64,000 nucleotides of DNA from Eledone cirrhosa (Eukaryota), in contig OZ024742.1 in the NCBI GenBank assembly GCA_964016885.1, positions 357,926,001-357,990,000 of the forward strand. The letters are read 5' to 3'. Below the pieces are notes generated by a model. The model was given only the letters and a program-made list of their open reading frames with translations, ran no database searches and had not been told where the DNA came from. The position numbers and the translations under genes are program-made. This document shows positions 22,474 through 37,400 of the stretch, piece after piece (positions within the stretch are counted from its first letter, which is position 1; each line of letters opens with the position of its first letter).

Positions 22474-24192
22474 CTAGCATTAAAGCCCGGCGTTGCTGGG
22501 GGTCATTAAGTTACCAAAATTAGGTTGCACCACCCATTTTATGGCAGCACTTTTTGTCTGCCAGGCACTGGGTGAATGAATTGCAGACCTGGAAGCATGA
22601 GCTGCGCCAGCAGTGACAATTGTAGTTTCGCCTATGGATATTATCTCTGTGCAAAAAAGTGTTGAAATTTATTGTTTCACAGTACTTGCGCAACACGCGC
22701 GTAGACGATGCCAGCTGAACAACAGAGCTGCGATGGAGTTGTTCTGCATGGTTGTCTGTGTGTTTTCTAAATTTAAGACAGCAGGGAGGGTTGTGATATG
22801 AGGGAGAGTTAGCTGTTGTTTCTAGCAGGTTTAGTGACCTCATAGAGGATATGTGTTTTCTAAATTTAAGACAGTAGGGAGTGGTGTGATATGGGGAGAG
22901 TTAGCTGCTGTTTCTAGCAGGTTTAGTGACATCATAGAAGATATGTTTTCTAAATTTAAGACAGTAGGGAGGGGTGTGATATGGGGGAGAGTTAGCTGCT
23001 GTTTCTAGCAGGTTTAGTAACCTCATAGAGGATATGTGTTTTCTAAATTTAAGACAGTAGGGAGTGGTGTGATATGGGGGGAGTTAGCTGCTGTTTCTAG
23101 CAGGTTTAGTGACCTCATAGAAGATATGTTTTCTAAATTTAAGATAGTAGGGAGGGGTGTGGTATGGGGGAGAGTTAGCTGCTGTTTCTAGCAGGTTTAG
23201 TGACCTCATAGAGGATATTATTGTTTATCATTATCTATAAAAGGCAGATTGTTGTTGTTGTGTGTGTGCACATGTTCCATGTTTATACATTTGCACAATT
23301 TCAAACCGATTCGACTCAAAGTCTGTAAGAATCCACTTTCGTTGAGAGGTTTTAAAAAAGATTTATCGCTTGTTGTTGAATAAATGTATCTGTTGAATAA
23401 TTTGAATAATTGTCGTTTCGTATGAAATGTAATAATTTTTTCTACTTTTTTGGCACAAGGCAAGCAATTATCTAGTACATTACTGGTACTTTATGTAATA
23501 ATAAACGTTCTCTCTCTCCCTCTCACTCTCTTCTCTCTCTCTTCGGCAATCACGCACGTTGTTTAGTTGCTTTAAATGTTGTTAATGAATAGTCGTGTAT
23601 TTGTGGTTATAAATCCCGCGCGTTGTTTAATTGCTTTGAATTTTTTTTTATCAATTTATGTGAGTGTGTGTTTGTATGTGTTTGTAAATAAATCATTAAG
23701 TTTGAAGCAACTAAAAGTTAGTGTGGTTATAAATCACGCACGTTGTTTAATTGCTTTAAATGTTTTTTTATCATTTGAAGTGAGTGTGTGTTTGTATGCG
23801 TTTGGAAATAAATCAGTAATTTTGAAGTATAAAAGAGAAAGTAGCAAAATGTGTGGGTTGTAGAGAGAGGATATGCAGATGATATGAGAGAGTAAAACGG
23901 AGAGTATCACCATCAAGCTTGGAAAGAGAAAGTAGCAGAAAGTATGAAGTTGTATAGATTTTGAATGGTAGTAGAAAGAGTTTAGCAGTTTAAATGAGAG
24001 AGAAAAATCGTAAAATATTGAGTTTTATCTATTTTTTGCGTAATTGTGGGTGAAATTGAAAAGATTATCTGCGTCAAGACGCAATCGAAGCTATTTCGAA
24101 TACTGAATTGGAAATTTCATTTGAAGAAATTCTATATCGTAGATTTCTATAACGAAGGAGCAAGTCCATACACTGAGCTTTATAGATTATGA
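22474..24192 (-). mobile_element. Non-autonomous Helitron-like element with internal tandem repeats
   Basis: Minus strand shows a 5' A|TCATAATCTATAAAGCTCAG start and a 3' CCCAGCAACGCCGGGCTTTAATGCTAG|T hairpin end. Confidence 0.65.
22757..23218. repeat. Tandem repeat of about 91-93 bp, 5 copies
   Basis: Unit TTTTCTAAATTTAAGACAGTAGGGAG..GTGTGATATGGGGGAGAGTTAGCTGCTGTTTCTAGCAGGTTTAGTGACCTCATAGAGGATATG. Confidence 0.95.
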
Positions 24193-24315
24193 TATATATA
24201 TATATATATTATAAGAACAGATTAAAGTTTAAGCAAAAAATTGCTGCTTTCACTCTTAACGTGATCTTCTGAAACTCAATATTTGCTCTACAAGTTTATA
24301 TATATATATATAAAT

Positions 24316-26623
24316 CGATGTGTGCTGTATTCAAGAGACCAGGTGGAGGGGTGGGTCTGCTAGATTCATTGTGGGTAAAGAACGATGCTATATGCTTTTC
24401 TGGGTGGGAAATGACAATGGGCTGGGTGGAGTAGGAATCATGGTAGCAGAAAAGTGGGAAGATAAGATAGTAGACGTAAATAGAGTGAACGACAGAATAA
24501 TTAAAATAAGACTTGTCCTCAATAGAACTAATGTGACAATAATATCTGCATATGCACCCCAAACCGGACTGCCTGGCGTTATAAAAGACAGATTCTATGA
24601 GTCGTTAATGCTCACTACCTCCCCAAATAACCGACACTGACTACATAATTATCGCTGGTGACCTAAATGGTCACGTTGGACAACATTGTGACGGCTATGA
24701 CGGAATCCATGGAGGCTATGGGTTTGGTACTAGAAATGAGGAAGGCTCCAGAATCCTGGAATTCTGTGACGCAAATAACCTAACTATCTGTAATGAGACA
24801 ATCACTTGATCACTTATAGATCAGGGAAACACGCCAGCCAGATAGATTATATCCTTACCAGAAGACGTGACAGAGTGTCTGTTGTAAACACTAAATCCCT
24901 CACCCATGAGAGCGAATTGATCTAGATGAAATTTTGTGTCAGGTAAAAGTACCACAGACAATCTTTTCATTGTACGACAACTACAGGAGAAGTACCTAGC
25001 TAACGGTAAACCCCTATACTTAGCTTTTGTTGACTTGGAGAAAGCCTTTGACAGAGTCCCCCGCTCCATTATCTGGTGGGCTCTGAGAAAACTAGGTGTT
25101 GATGAATGGCTTGTGAGAGCTATACAAGCCATGTATAAAGAAACAGTGAGCAAGGTTAGAATTAACAACGAATATAGTGAAGAGTTTAGCGTAAAAGTTG
25201 GTGTCCATCAGGGCTCTGTTCTTAGCCCCCTACTATTTATTATTGCCCTTCAGGCTATAACAGAGGAATTCAAGACCGGCTGCACATGGGAACTTCTATA
25301 CGCAGATGATCTAACGCACATAGCTGAATTAATGACTGAACTAGAGAAGAAATTCCAAACATGGAAGCATGGCCTAGAATCAAAAGGCCTTAAAATTAAC
25401 ATGTCTAAGACTAAAGTTCTAGTTTGTAGGAAGGAAAATAGGGTACTGGTCCCATCTGGGAAATGGCCATGCTCAGTGTGTAAGAAAGGAGTAGGGAGAA
25501 ACTCCATTTTATGTCCCAAATGCAAAGTATGGGTGCATAAAAGATGTAGTGGGATCACAGGTAAGCTAACTAAGAATATAGATTTTATATGTGGCCGGAG
25601 CTCAGGTGCAATAAGTAGCAGCAAGTGCCCACAGAATACTAGCTCATTCCATTGCACAGATGGTTCTATAGAAATAGTGGACACCTTCCGTTACCTGGGT
25701 GACAAAATCAGCAGTGGGGGAGAGTGTTCTGAAATGTTCAGCAGCTAGAGTCAGAACGGGATGGAAAAAGTTCAGAGAGCTTATACCACTATTGACCGCT
25801 AAAGGGTTCTCTCTAAAAATGAAAGGCAGGCTGTATGATGACTGCATACGAACGGCAATGTTACATGGCAGTGAGACCTGGGCATTGTCTGCAGAGGATA
25901 TACACAGACTGGAGAGGAACGAAGCTTTCATGCTCCGTTGGATGTGTAATAGTAATATACGTGAACGGCAAAGCATAAATGAACTAAGTGAGAAATTAGG
26001 AATAAGAGGGATCAGATGCTGTTTACTCGAGAGAAGACTACGTTGGTACGGTCTCGTGATGCGCATGAAAGACGACAGCTGTATAAAAAAGTGCAGGGCG
26101 ATAAAAATAGATGGAAGTTACGGAGTAGGTAGACCCAGAAAAACCTCAGCTCACACACTTACACCTCTCCAAGACAATGTCACTGGACCGAGATCTTTGG
26201 CGCTACACAGTAATACGGAAGACCCGCCTTTCCTAAGTACAAAGAAAAACCCACAGTCAGTAGGCACCTCTTAACAAAAATACACCCCGTCCCACTACCC
26301 CCACCCCATCCACACCACTCGCTTTCAATGTAAAGTTATGTTGGTACCACAACATCCAGTCCTAAATAAATGAGGTCGTGTAGGTGTCACAACAAAAAAA
26401 CACACAGTTCAACCTGTAATGTGGCCGTGTAGGTAACACGGTAAAAACCTCCCAGTCCACACTGTAAACGTGGTTGGTGTTAGGAAGGGCACCCAGCCGT
26501 AGAAAACCTGCCAGACAGTGCTATACGAGCAAGACAACCAATCTTGCCTCTAGTGGGACAATTCCCGTCCAATCCCATGCTAGCGTGGAAGATGGACGTT
26601 AAACGATGATGATGATGATGATG
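24316..26623 (+). mobile_element. RTE-clade LINE, decayed: APE endonuclease, internal deletion, RT with PHD-like Cys-rich insert, 3' UTR, (GAT)n tail
   Basis: CCIQETRWRG, IISAYAPQ, IIAGDLNGHVG and QIDYIL (APE); AFVDLEKAFDRVPR, GVHQGSVLSPLLF and LLYADDL (RT); CSVCKKGVGRNSILCPKCKVWVHKRC; RRLRWYGLVMRM. Confidence 0.93.
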
Positions 26624-26870
26624 ATATAGAATACTTATCGAACCCTCTACGGATTTTAGTTTTCACATTTATTATTACTATTATCATTACTATATATAAT
26701 TAACATTCAATAGACTATAATGCCTGATGGTCACGCTTAAACTGTTTTGATAGCTAAATGTATGGATATATATATATGGATGTATATGTGTGGATGTATG
26801 TATTAAAATTGTTGATTGTATGTGTTGATATATATATATATATATATATATATAAATGAAAGGTATAGAA

Positions 26871-26908
<38 letters not shown>

Positions 26909-26924
26909 AATATATATATATATC

Positions 26925-27632
26925 CGAACACCAATGTTACATGGTAGTGAGACCTGAGCGCTGAAGGTGGAAGACTTACGTAGATTAGAGAGAAATGAAG
27001 CCTGCATGCTCCGATGGATGTGTAATAGTAATATACGCGAACGACAAAGCATAAATGAATTGAGAGAGAGACTGAGCATAAGAGGAATCAAATGCTGTGT
27101 GCAGGAGAGGCGGATGCGTTGGTATGGACATGTGATGCGTATGAAGGATGACAGCTGCATAAAAAGGTGCAGAGCACTAGAAGTCGATGGAAACCGCGGA
27201 GTGGATGACCTGGGATGAGGTGATAAAAGCCGACCTTACCCAATTACACCTCTCAAAGGCGATAACACACGACCGTGACCACTGGCGTCACGCAGTAATA
27301 CAGAGTACCCGACCTCCCATGGGTACAAGATGAAGCATATAGACAATATGCCCCACATCCTCCCACTGCAAAGTGGTCGTGGAGGTGCCACGGCCAAAAA
27401 GCACCCAGCCCACACTGCAAAGTGGACGTGTAGGCGCCACGGAAAAAGCACCCAGCACTCACTGTAAATGAGGTTGGTGTTAGGAAGGGCATCCAGCTGT
27501 AGAAATCAAGCCAATTCAGTTCCTGTATGAGCAAGGCATGGTCAGCCGACCAGACACTGCCCACAACAGGACAACGCGTCTAACCCATGCTAGCGTGGAA
27601 GAACGGACGTAAAACGGTGATGATGATGATGA
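26925..27632 (+). mobile_element. RTE-clade LINE, 5'-truncated second copy
   Basis: MLHGSET*AL..EDLRRLERNEACMLRWMC...RMRWYGHVMRM, followed by 3' UTR and (GAT)n. Confidence 0.9.
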
Positions 27633-27700
27633 TTATATATATATATATATGGATGTATATGTGTAGATATAAGTATTAAAATTGTTGGTTGTATGTGTTG

Positions 27701-27762
<62 letters not shown>

Positions 27763-28129
27763 ATGTATATGTTTGGATGTATGTATTAAAATTGGTGGAT
27801 ATTTATACGTATGTATAGGCAACAATGACTGATTTTAGTCTATATGGTAAAACAACACACACACAATATGCCTTATTAGTGTTTTGAACACTAGGAAATT
27901 GTGTAATAAATTGGTTATAGTCATTATTTAAATTGACTGGTGTGGAAGAGTCATCTACTTTCCAGGGGAGAAATTCAAATTAAGTTTAGTCATTTGAATA
28001 TATAGAATTCCGTACACTACAGCAGGAAATCCTAAATAGGTTGGCATAATGCCAGATAATTTCATTAAAAGAAAAGGATAATTCTTTGAGGAAATAGTGT
28101 TTCATTACATTAGGAAATCTCCATTGCGG

Positions 28130-28410
28130 ACATAAAGAAAACAATCGAGAAACTGAGAAAAAGTGGTATGAAGAGGGAGAGAGGAGCGGAGGGAGGGAGA
28201 GAGGGAGGGAATGAATGAAGAGAGGAAAGAGAGAGAGAATAAGCTAGAAAGACGGAATGAGAGACAGAGACATAGAGAGAGAGGGAGGGAGGGAAGGGAG
28301 AGAAAAAGTGATAGAATGAAGAGAGGAAAGAGACAGAGAGAAAGAGAGAAGGAGGGAGGGGAGAGACATAGGGAATGAATGAAGAGAGGAAACAGAGAGA
28401 GAATAAGCGA
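28130..28410. repeat. Polypurine (GA-rich) low-complexity tract abutting the satellite
   Basis: Repeated GGGAATGAATGAAGAGAGGAAA and (GA)n/(GGGA)n units. Confidence 0.9.
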
Positions 28411-28411
28411 C

Positions 28412-31400
28412 AGACCATACTAATCACTGAGTCAGTATTACCACATACTGGGCTCAACAGATAAGACCATACTAATCACTAAGTCATAGTTACCACATAC
28501 TGGGCTCACCAGATAAGATCATACTAATCACTGAGTCAGTATTACCACATACTGGGCTCACCAGATAAGATCATACTAATCACTGAGTCAGTATTACCAC
28601 ATACTGGGCTCACCAGATAAGACCATACTAATCACTGAGTCAGTATTACCACATACAGGGCTTAACAGATAACACCATACTAATCACTGAGTCAGCATTA
28701 CCACATACAGGCTCAACAGATAAGACCATACTAATCCCTAAGTCAGTATTACCACATACTGGCTCAACAGATAAGATCATGCTAATCACTGAGTCAGTAG
28801 TACCACATACTGGGCTCAACAGATAAGACCATACTAATCATTGAGTCAGTATTACGATATACAGGCTCAACAGATAAGACCATACTAATCACTGACTCAG
28901 TATTACCACATACTGGCTCAACAGATAAGACGATACTAATCACTGAGTCGGTATTACCACATACTAGCTCAACAGTTAAGACCATACTAATCACTGAGTC
29001 AGTAGAACCACATACTGGCTCGACAGATAAGTCCATACTAATCACTGATTCGGTATTACCACATACTGGGCTCAACAGATAAGACTATACTAATCACTGA
29101 GTCAGTATTACCACATATTGGCTAAACAGATAAGACCATACTAATGACTGAGTCAGTAGTACCACATACTGGGCTCAACAGATAAGACTATACTAATCAC
29201 TGAGTCAGTATTACCACATATTGGCTAAACAGATAAGACCATACTAATCACTGAGTCAGTATTACCACATACTGGGCTCAACAGATAAGACTATACTAAT
29301 CACCTAGTCAGTATTACCACATACAGCCTCAACAGCTAAGGCAATACTAATCACTGAGTCAGTAGTACCATATACTAACTAAAAAGATAAGACCATACTA
29401 ATCACTGAGTCAGAATTACCACATACTAGCTCAACAGATAAGACCATACTAACCACTGAGTCAGTATTAGCACATACAGGCTCAACAGATAAGACCAAAC
29501 TAATCACTGAGTCGGTATTACCACATACAGGCTCAACAAATAAGGCCATACTAATGACTGAGTCAGTATTACCACATACTGGGCTCAACAGATAAGTCCA
29601 TACTAATCACTGGCTCAGTATTACCACATAGTGGCTCAACAGTTAAGACAATACTAATCACTGAGTCAGTATTACCACATACTGGCTCAACAGATAAGAC
29701 CATACTAATCACTGAGTCGGTATTACCACATACAGGCTCAACAGCTAAGACCATACTAATTACTGAGTCAGTAGTACCATATAATAACTCAACAGATAAG
29801 ACCATACTTATCACTGAGTCAGTATTACCACATAGTGGCTCAACAGTTAGGACAATACTAATCACTGAGTCAGTATTACCACATACTGGCTCAACAGATG
29901 AGACCATACTAATCACTGAGTCGGTATTACCACATACTAGCTCAACAGATAAGACAATACTAATCACTGAGGCAGTATTACGACATACAGGCTCAACAGC
30001 TGAGACCATACTATTTACTGAGTCAGTAGTATCATATACTAACTCAACAGATAAGACCATACTAATCACTGAGTCAGTATTACCACATACTGGGCTCAAG
30101 AGATAAGACCATACTAATCACTGAGTAAGTATTACCACTTACTGGCTCAACAGATAAGACCATACTAATCACTGAGTTAGTCTTACCACATACTGGGCTC
30201 AACAGATAAGACCATACTAACCACTGAGTCAATATTATCACATAATGTCTCAACAGATAAGACCATACTAATCACTGAGTCAGTACTACCACATACTGAC
30301 TCAACAGATAAGACCATACTAATCACTGAGTCAGTATTACCACATACTAGCTCAGCAGATACAACAATACTAATCACTGAGTCAGTATTACGACATACAG
30401 TCTCAACAGCTAAGACCATACTAATTACTGAGTCAGTAGTACCATATAATAACTCAACAGATAAGACCATACTAATCACTGAGTCAGTATTACCACATAC
30501 TGGGCTCAACAGATAAGACCATACTATTCACTGAGTCAGTATTACCACATACTAGCTCAACAGATAAGACCATACTAATCACCGAGTCAGTATTACCACA
30601 TAAAGGCTCAACAGATAAGACCATACTAATCACTGAGTCAGAATTACCACATATATTCTCAACAGATAAGACCATACTAATCACTGAGACAGTATTACCA
30701 CATACGGGGCTCAACAGATAAGACCATACTAATCACTGAGTCACTATTACCACATAGTGGCTCAACAGTTAAGACAATACTAATCACTGAGTCAGTATTA
30801 CCACATACTGGCTCAACAGATAAGACCATACTAATCACTGAGTCGGTATTACCACATACTAGCTCAACAGATAAGACAATACTAATCACCGAGTCAGTAT
30901 TACGACATACAGGCTCAACAGCTGAGACCATACTAATTACTGAGTCAGTAGTACCATATACTAACTAAACAGATAAGACCATACTAATCACTGACTCAGT
31001 ATTACCACATACTGGGCTCAACAGATAAAACCATACTAATCACAGAGTAAGTATTACCACATACTGGGCTCAACAGATAAGACCATACTAATCACTGAGT
31101 CAATATTATCACATACTGTCTCAACATATAAGACCATACTAATCACTGAGTCAGTATTACCACATACTGGCTCAACAGATAAGACCATACTAATCACTGA
31201 GTCATTATTACCACATGCTGGGCTCCACAGATAGGACCATGCTAAGCTCTGAATCAGTAGTACCACATACTGGCTCAACAGATAAGACCATACTAAGCTC
31301 TGAGTCAGTAGTACCACATAATGGCTCAACAGATAAGACCATACTAATCACTGACTCAGTATTACCACATTGTGGCTCAACAGTTAAGACAATACTAATC

Positions 31401-34400
31401 ACTGAGTCAGTATTACCACATACTGGCTCAACAGATAAGACTATACTAATCACTGAGTCAGTATTACCACATACTAGCTCAGCAGATAAAACAATACTAA
31501 TCACTGAGTCAGTATTACGACATACAGTCTCAACAGCTAAGACCATACTAATTACTGAGTCAGTAGTACCATATAATAACTCAACAGATAAGACCATATT
31601 AATCACTGAGTCAGTATTACCACAAACTGGGCTCAACAGATAAGACCATACTAATCACTGAGTAAGCATTACCACATACTGGCTCAACAGATAAGACCAT
31701 ACTAATCACTGAGTCACTATTACCACATACTGGCTCGACAGATAAGACCATACTAATCACTGAGTCACTATTACCACATACTGGGCTCAACAGATAAGAC
31801 CATACTAATCACTGAGTCAATATTTTCACATACTGGCTCAACAGATAAGACCATACTAATCACTGAGTCAGTATTACCACATACTGGCTCAACAGATAAG
31901 ACCATACTAATCACTGAGTCAGTATTACCACATACAGGCTCAACAGATAAGACCATACTAATCACTGAGTCAGAATTACCACATACATTCTCAACAGATA
32001 AGACCATACTAATCACTGAGAGAGTATTACCACATACTGGGCTCAACAGATAAGACCATACTAATCACTGAGTCAGAATTACCACATACATTCTCAACAG
32101 ATAAGACCATACTAATCACTGAGTCAGTATTACCACATAGAGTCTCAACAGTTAAGACATTACTAATCACTGAGTCAGTATTACCACATACTGGCTCAAC
32201 AGATAAGACCATACTAATAACTGAGTCGGTATTACCACATACTAGGTCAACAGATAAGACAATACTAATCACTGAGTCAGTATTACGACATACAGGCTCA
32301 ACAGCTGAGACCATACTAATTACTGAGTCAGTAATACCATATACTAACTCAACAGATAAGACCATACTAATCACTGAGTCAGTATTACCACATACTGGGC
32401 TCAACAGATAAAACCTTACTAATCACTGAGTAAGTATTACCACATACTGGCTCAACAGATAAGACCATACTAATCACTGAGTTAGTCTTACCACATACTG
32501 GGCTCAACAGATAAGACCATACTAATCACTGAGTCAATATTATCACATACTGTCTCAACAGATAAGACCATACTAATCACTGAGTCAGTATTACCACATA
32601 CTGGCTCAACAGATAAGACCATACTAATCACTGAGTCATTATTAGCACATCCTGGGCTCCACAGAGAGGACCATGCTAAGCTCTGAATCAGTAGTACCAC
32701 ATACTGGCTCAACAGATAAGACCATACTAAGCTCTGAGTCAGTAGTACCACATACTGGCTCAACATATAAGACCATACTAATCACTGACTCAGTATTACC
32801 ACATAGTGGCTCAACAGTTAAGACAATACTAATCACTGAGTCAGTATTACCACATACTGGCTCAACAGATAAGACCATACTAATCACTGAGACAGTATTA
32901 CCACATACATGGCTCAACAGATAAGACTATACTAATCACTGAGTCGGTATGACCACATACAGGCTCAACAAATAAGGCCATACTAATCACTGAGTCAGTA
33001 TTACCACATACTGAGCTCAACAGATAAGCCCATACTAATCACAGAGACAGTATTACCACATACAGGGCTCAACAGATAAGACCATACTAATCACTGTGTC
33101 AGTATTACCACATACTAGCTCAGCAGATAAAACAATACTAGTCACTGAGTCAGTATTACGACATACAGTCTCAACAGCTAATACCATACTAATTACTGAG
33201 TCAGAATTACCACATATATTCTCAACAGATAAGACAATACTAATCACCGAGACAGTATTACCACATACTGGGCTCAACAGATAAGACCATACTAATCACT
33301 GAGTCAGTATTACCACATAGAGTCTCAACAGTTAAGACAATACTAATCACTGAGTCAGTATTATCACATACTGACTCAACAGATAAGACCATACTAATCA
33401 CTGAGTCGGTATTACCACATACTAGCTCAACTGATCAGAAAATACTAATCACTGAGTCAGTGTTACGACATACAGGCTCAACAGCTGAGACCATACTAAT
33501 TACTGAGTCAGTAGTACCATATACTAACTCAACAGATAAGACCATACTAATCACTGAGTCAGTATTACCACATACTGGGCTCAACAGATAAAACCATACT
33601 AATCACTGAGTAAGTATTACCACATACTGGCTCAACAGATAAGACCATACTAATCACTGAGTCACTATTACCACATACTGGGCTCAACAGATAAGACCAT
33701 ACTAATCACTGAGTCAATATTATCACATACTTTCTCAACAGATAAGACCATACTAAGCTCTGAGTCAGTAGTACCACATACTGGCTCAACAGATAAGACC
33801 ATACTAATCACTGAGTCACTATTACCACATACTAACTCAACAGATAAGACCATAATAATCACTGAGTCATTATTACCACATACTGGCTCAACAGATAAGA
33901 CCATACTAATCACTGAGTCAGTATTACCACATACAGGCTCAACAGATAAGACCATACGAATCACTGAGTCAGAATTACCACATATATTCTAAACAGATAA
34001 GGCCATACTAATCACTTTGTCAGTATTCCGACATACTAGCTCAAAAGATAAGACCATACTAACAACTGAGTCAGTATTACCACATACAGCCTCAACAGAT
34101 AACAACATACTAATCACTAAGTCAGTATTACCATATACTGGCTCAACAGAGAAGACCATACTAATCTCTGACTAAGTAGTACCACATACTGGCTCAACAG
34201 ATAAGACCATACTAAGCTCTGAGTCAGTATTACCACATACTGGCTCAACAGATAAGACCATACTAATCACTGAGACATTATTACCACATACTGGGCTCAA
34301 CAGATAAGACCATACTAATCACTGATTCAGTATTACCACATAGCGGCTCAACTGTTAAGACAATACTAATCACTGAGTCGGTATTACCACATACTAGCTC

Positions 34401-37400
34401 AACAGAAAAGACAATACTAATCACTGAGACAGTATTACGACATACAGGCTCAACAGATAAGACCATACTAATCACTGAATCGGTATTACCACATACTGGG
34501 CTCAACATATAAGACCATACTAATACCTGAGTAAGTATTACCAGATACTGGCTCAACAGATAAGACCATACTAATCACTGAGTCACTATTACCACATACT
34601 GGGCTCAACAGATAAGACCATACTAATCACTGAGTCACTATTACCACATACTAACTCAACAGATAAGACCATACTAGTCACTGAGTCATTATTACCACAT
34701 ACTGGCTCAACAGATAAGAGCATACTAATCACTGAGTCAGTATTACATATACAGGCTCAACAGATAAGACCATACTAATCACTGAGTCAGAATTACCACA
34801 TACATTCTCAACAGATAAGACCATACTAATCACTGAGTCAGTATTACCACATACAGGCTCAGCAGATAACACTATACTAATCACTAAGTCAGTATTACCA
34901 TATACTGGCTCAACAGAGAAGACCATACTAAGCTCTGACTAAGTAGTACCACATACTGGCTCAACAGATAATACCATACTAATCACTGAGACAGTATTAT
35001 CACATACTGGGCTCAACAGATCAGACCATACTAATCACTGTGTCAGTATTACCACATAGTGGCTCAGCAGTTAAGACAATACTAATCACTGAGTCAGTAG
35101 TACTATATACTAACTCAACAGATAAGACCATACTAATCACTGAGTCAGTATTACCACATACTGGGCTCAACAGATAAAACCATACTAATCACTGAGTAAG
35201 TATTACCACATACTGGCTCAAAAGATAAGACCATACTAATCACTGAGTCATTATTACCACATCCTGGGCTCCACAGATAGGACCATGCTAAGCTCTGAAT
35301 CAGTAGTACCACATACTGGCTCAACAGATAAGACCATACTAAGCTCTGAGTCAGTAGTACCACATACTGGCTCAACAGATAAGACCATACTAATCACTGA
35401 GTCAGTATTAGCACATACAGGCTCAACAGATAAGACCATACTAATCACTGAGTCAGTATTACCACATACATTCCCAACAGATAACTTCATACTAATCACT
35501 AAGTCAGTATTACCATATACTGGCTCAACAGAGAAGACCATACTAACTACTGAGTCAGAATTACCACATACTAGCTCAACAGATAAGACCATACTAACCA
35601 CTGAGTCAGAATTACCACATACAGGCTCAACAGATAAGACCATACTAACCACTGAGTCAGTATTACCATATACTGGCTCAACAGAGAAAACCATACTAAG
35701 CTCTGAGTAAGTTGTACCACATACTGGCTCAACAGATAAGACCATACTAAGCTCTGAGTCAGTAGTACCACATACTGGCTCAACAGATAAGACCATACTA
35801 ATCACTGAGTCACTATTACCACATACTAACTCAACAGATAAGACCATAATAATCACGAGTCATTATTACCACATACTGGCTCAACAGATAAGACCATACT
35901 AATCACTGAGTCAGTATTACCACATACAGGCTCAACAGATAAGACCATACTAATCACTGAGTCAGAATTACCACATATATTCTAAACAGATAAGGCCATA
36001 CTAATCACTTTGTCAGTATTCCGACATACTAGCTCAAAAGATAAGACCATACTAACAACTGAGTCAGTATTACCACATACAGCCTCAACAGATAACACCA
36101 TACTAATCACTAAGTCAGTATTACCATATACTGGCTCAACAGAGAATACCGTACTAATCTCTGACTAAGTAGTACCACATACTGGCTCAACAGATAAGAC
36201 CATACTAAGCTCTGAGTCAGTATTACCACATACTGGCTCAACAGATAAGACCATACTAATCACTGAGACATTATTACCACATACTGGGCTCAACAGATAA
36301 GACCATACTAATCACTGATTCAGTATTACCACATAGCGGCTCAACAGTTAAGACAATACTAATCACTGAGTCAGTATTACCACATACTGGCCCAACAGAT
36401 AAGACCATACTAATCACTGAGTCGGTATTACCACATACTAGCTCAACAGAAAAGACAATACTAATCACTGAGACAGTATTACGACATACAGGCTCAACAG
36501 ATAAGACCATACTAATCACTGAATCGGTATTACCACATACTGGGCTCAACAGATAAGACCATACTAATACCTGAGTAAGTATTACCAGATACTGGCTCAA
36601 CAGATAAGACCATACTAATCACTGAGTCACTATTACCACATACTGGGCTCAACAGATAAGACCATACTAATCACTGAGTCAATATTATCACATACGGGCT
36701 CAACAGATAAGACCATACTAGTCACTGAGTCAGTATTACCACATACTGGCTCAACAGATAAGAGCATACTAATCACTGAGTCAGTATTACATATACAGGC
36801 TCAACAGATAAGACCATACTAATCACTGAGTCAGAATTATCACATACATTCTCAACAGATAAGACCATACTAATCACTGAGTCAGTATTACCACATACAG
36901 GCTCAGCAGATAACACTATACTAATCACTAAGTCAGTATTACCATATACTGGCTCAACAGAGAAGACCATACTAAGCTCTGACTAAGTAGTACCACATAC
37001 TGGCTCAACAGATAATACCATCCTAATCACTGAGACAGTATTACCACATACTGGGCTCAACAGATCAGACCATACTAATCACTGTGTCAGTATTACCACA
37101 TAGTGGCTCAACAGTTAAGACAATACTAATCACTGAGTCAGTAGTACCATATACTAACTCAACAGATAAGACCATACTAATCACTGAGTCAGTATTACCA
37201 CATACTGGGCTCAACAGATAAAACCATACTAATCACTGAGTAAGTATTACCACATACTGGCTCAAAAGATAAGACCATACTAATCACTGAGTCATTATTA
37301 CCACATCCTGGGCTCCACAGATAGGACCATGCTAAGCTCTGAATCAGTAGTACCACATACTGGCTCAACAGATAAGACCATACTAAGCTCTGAGTCAGTA

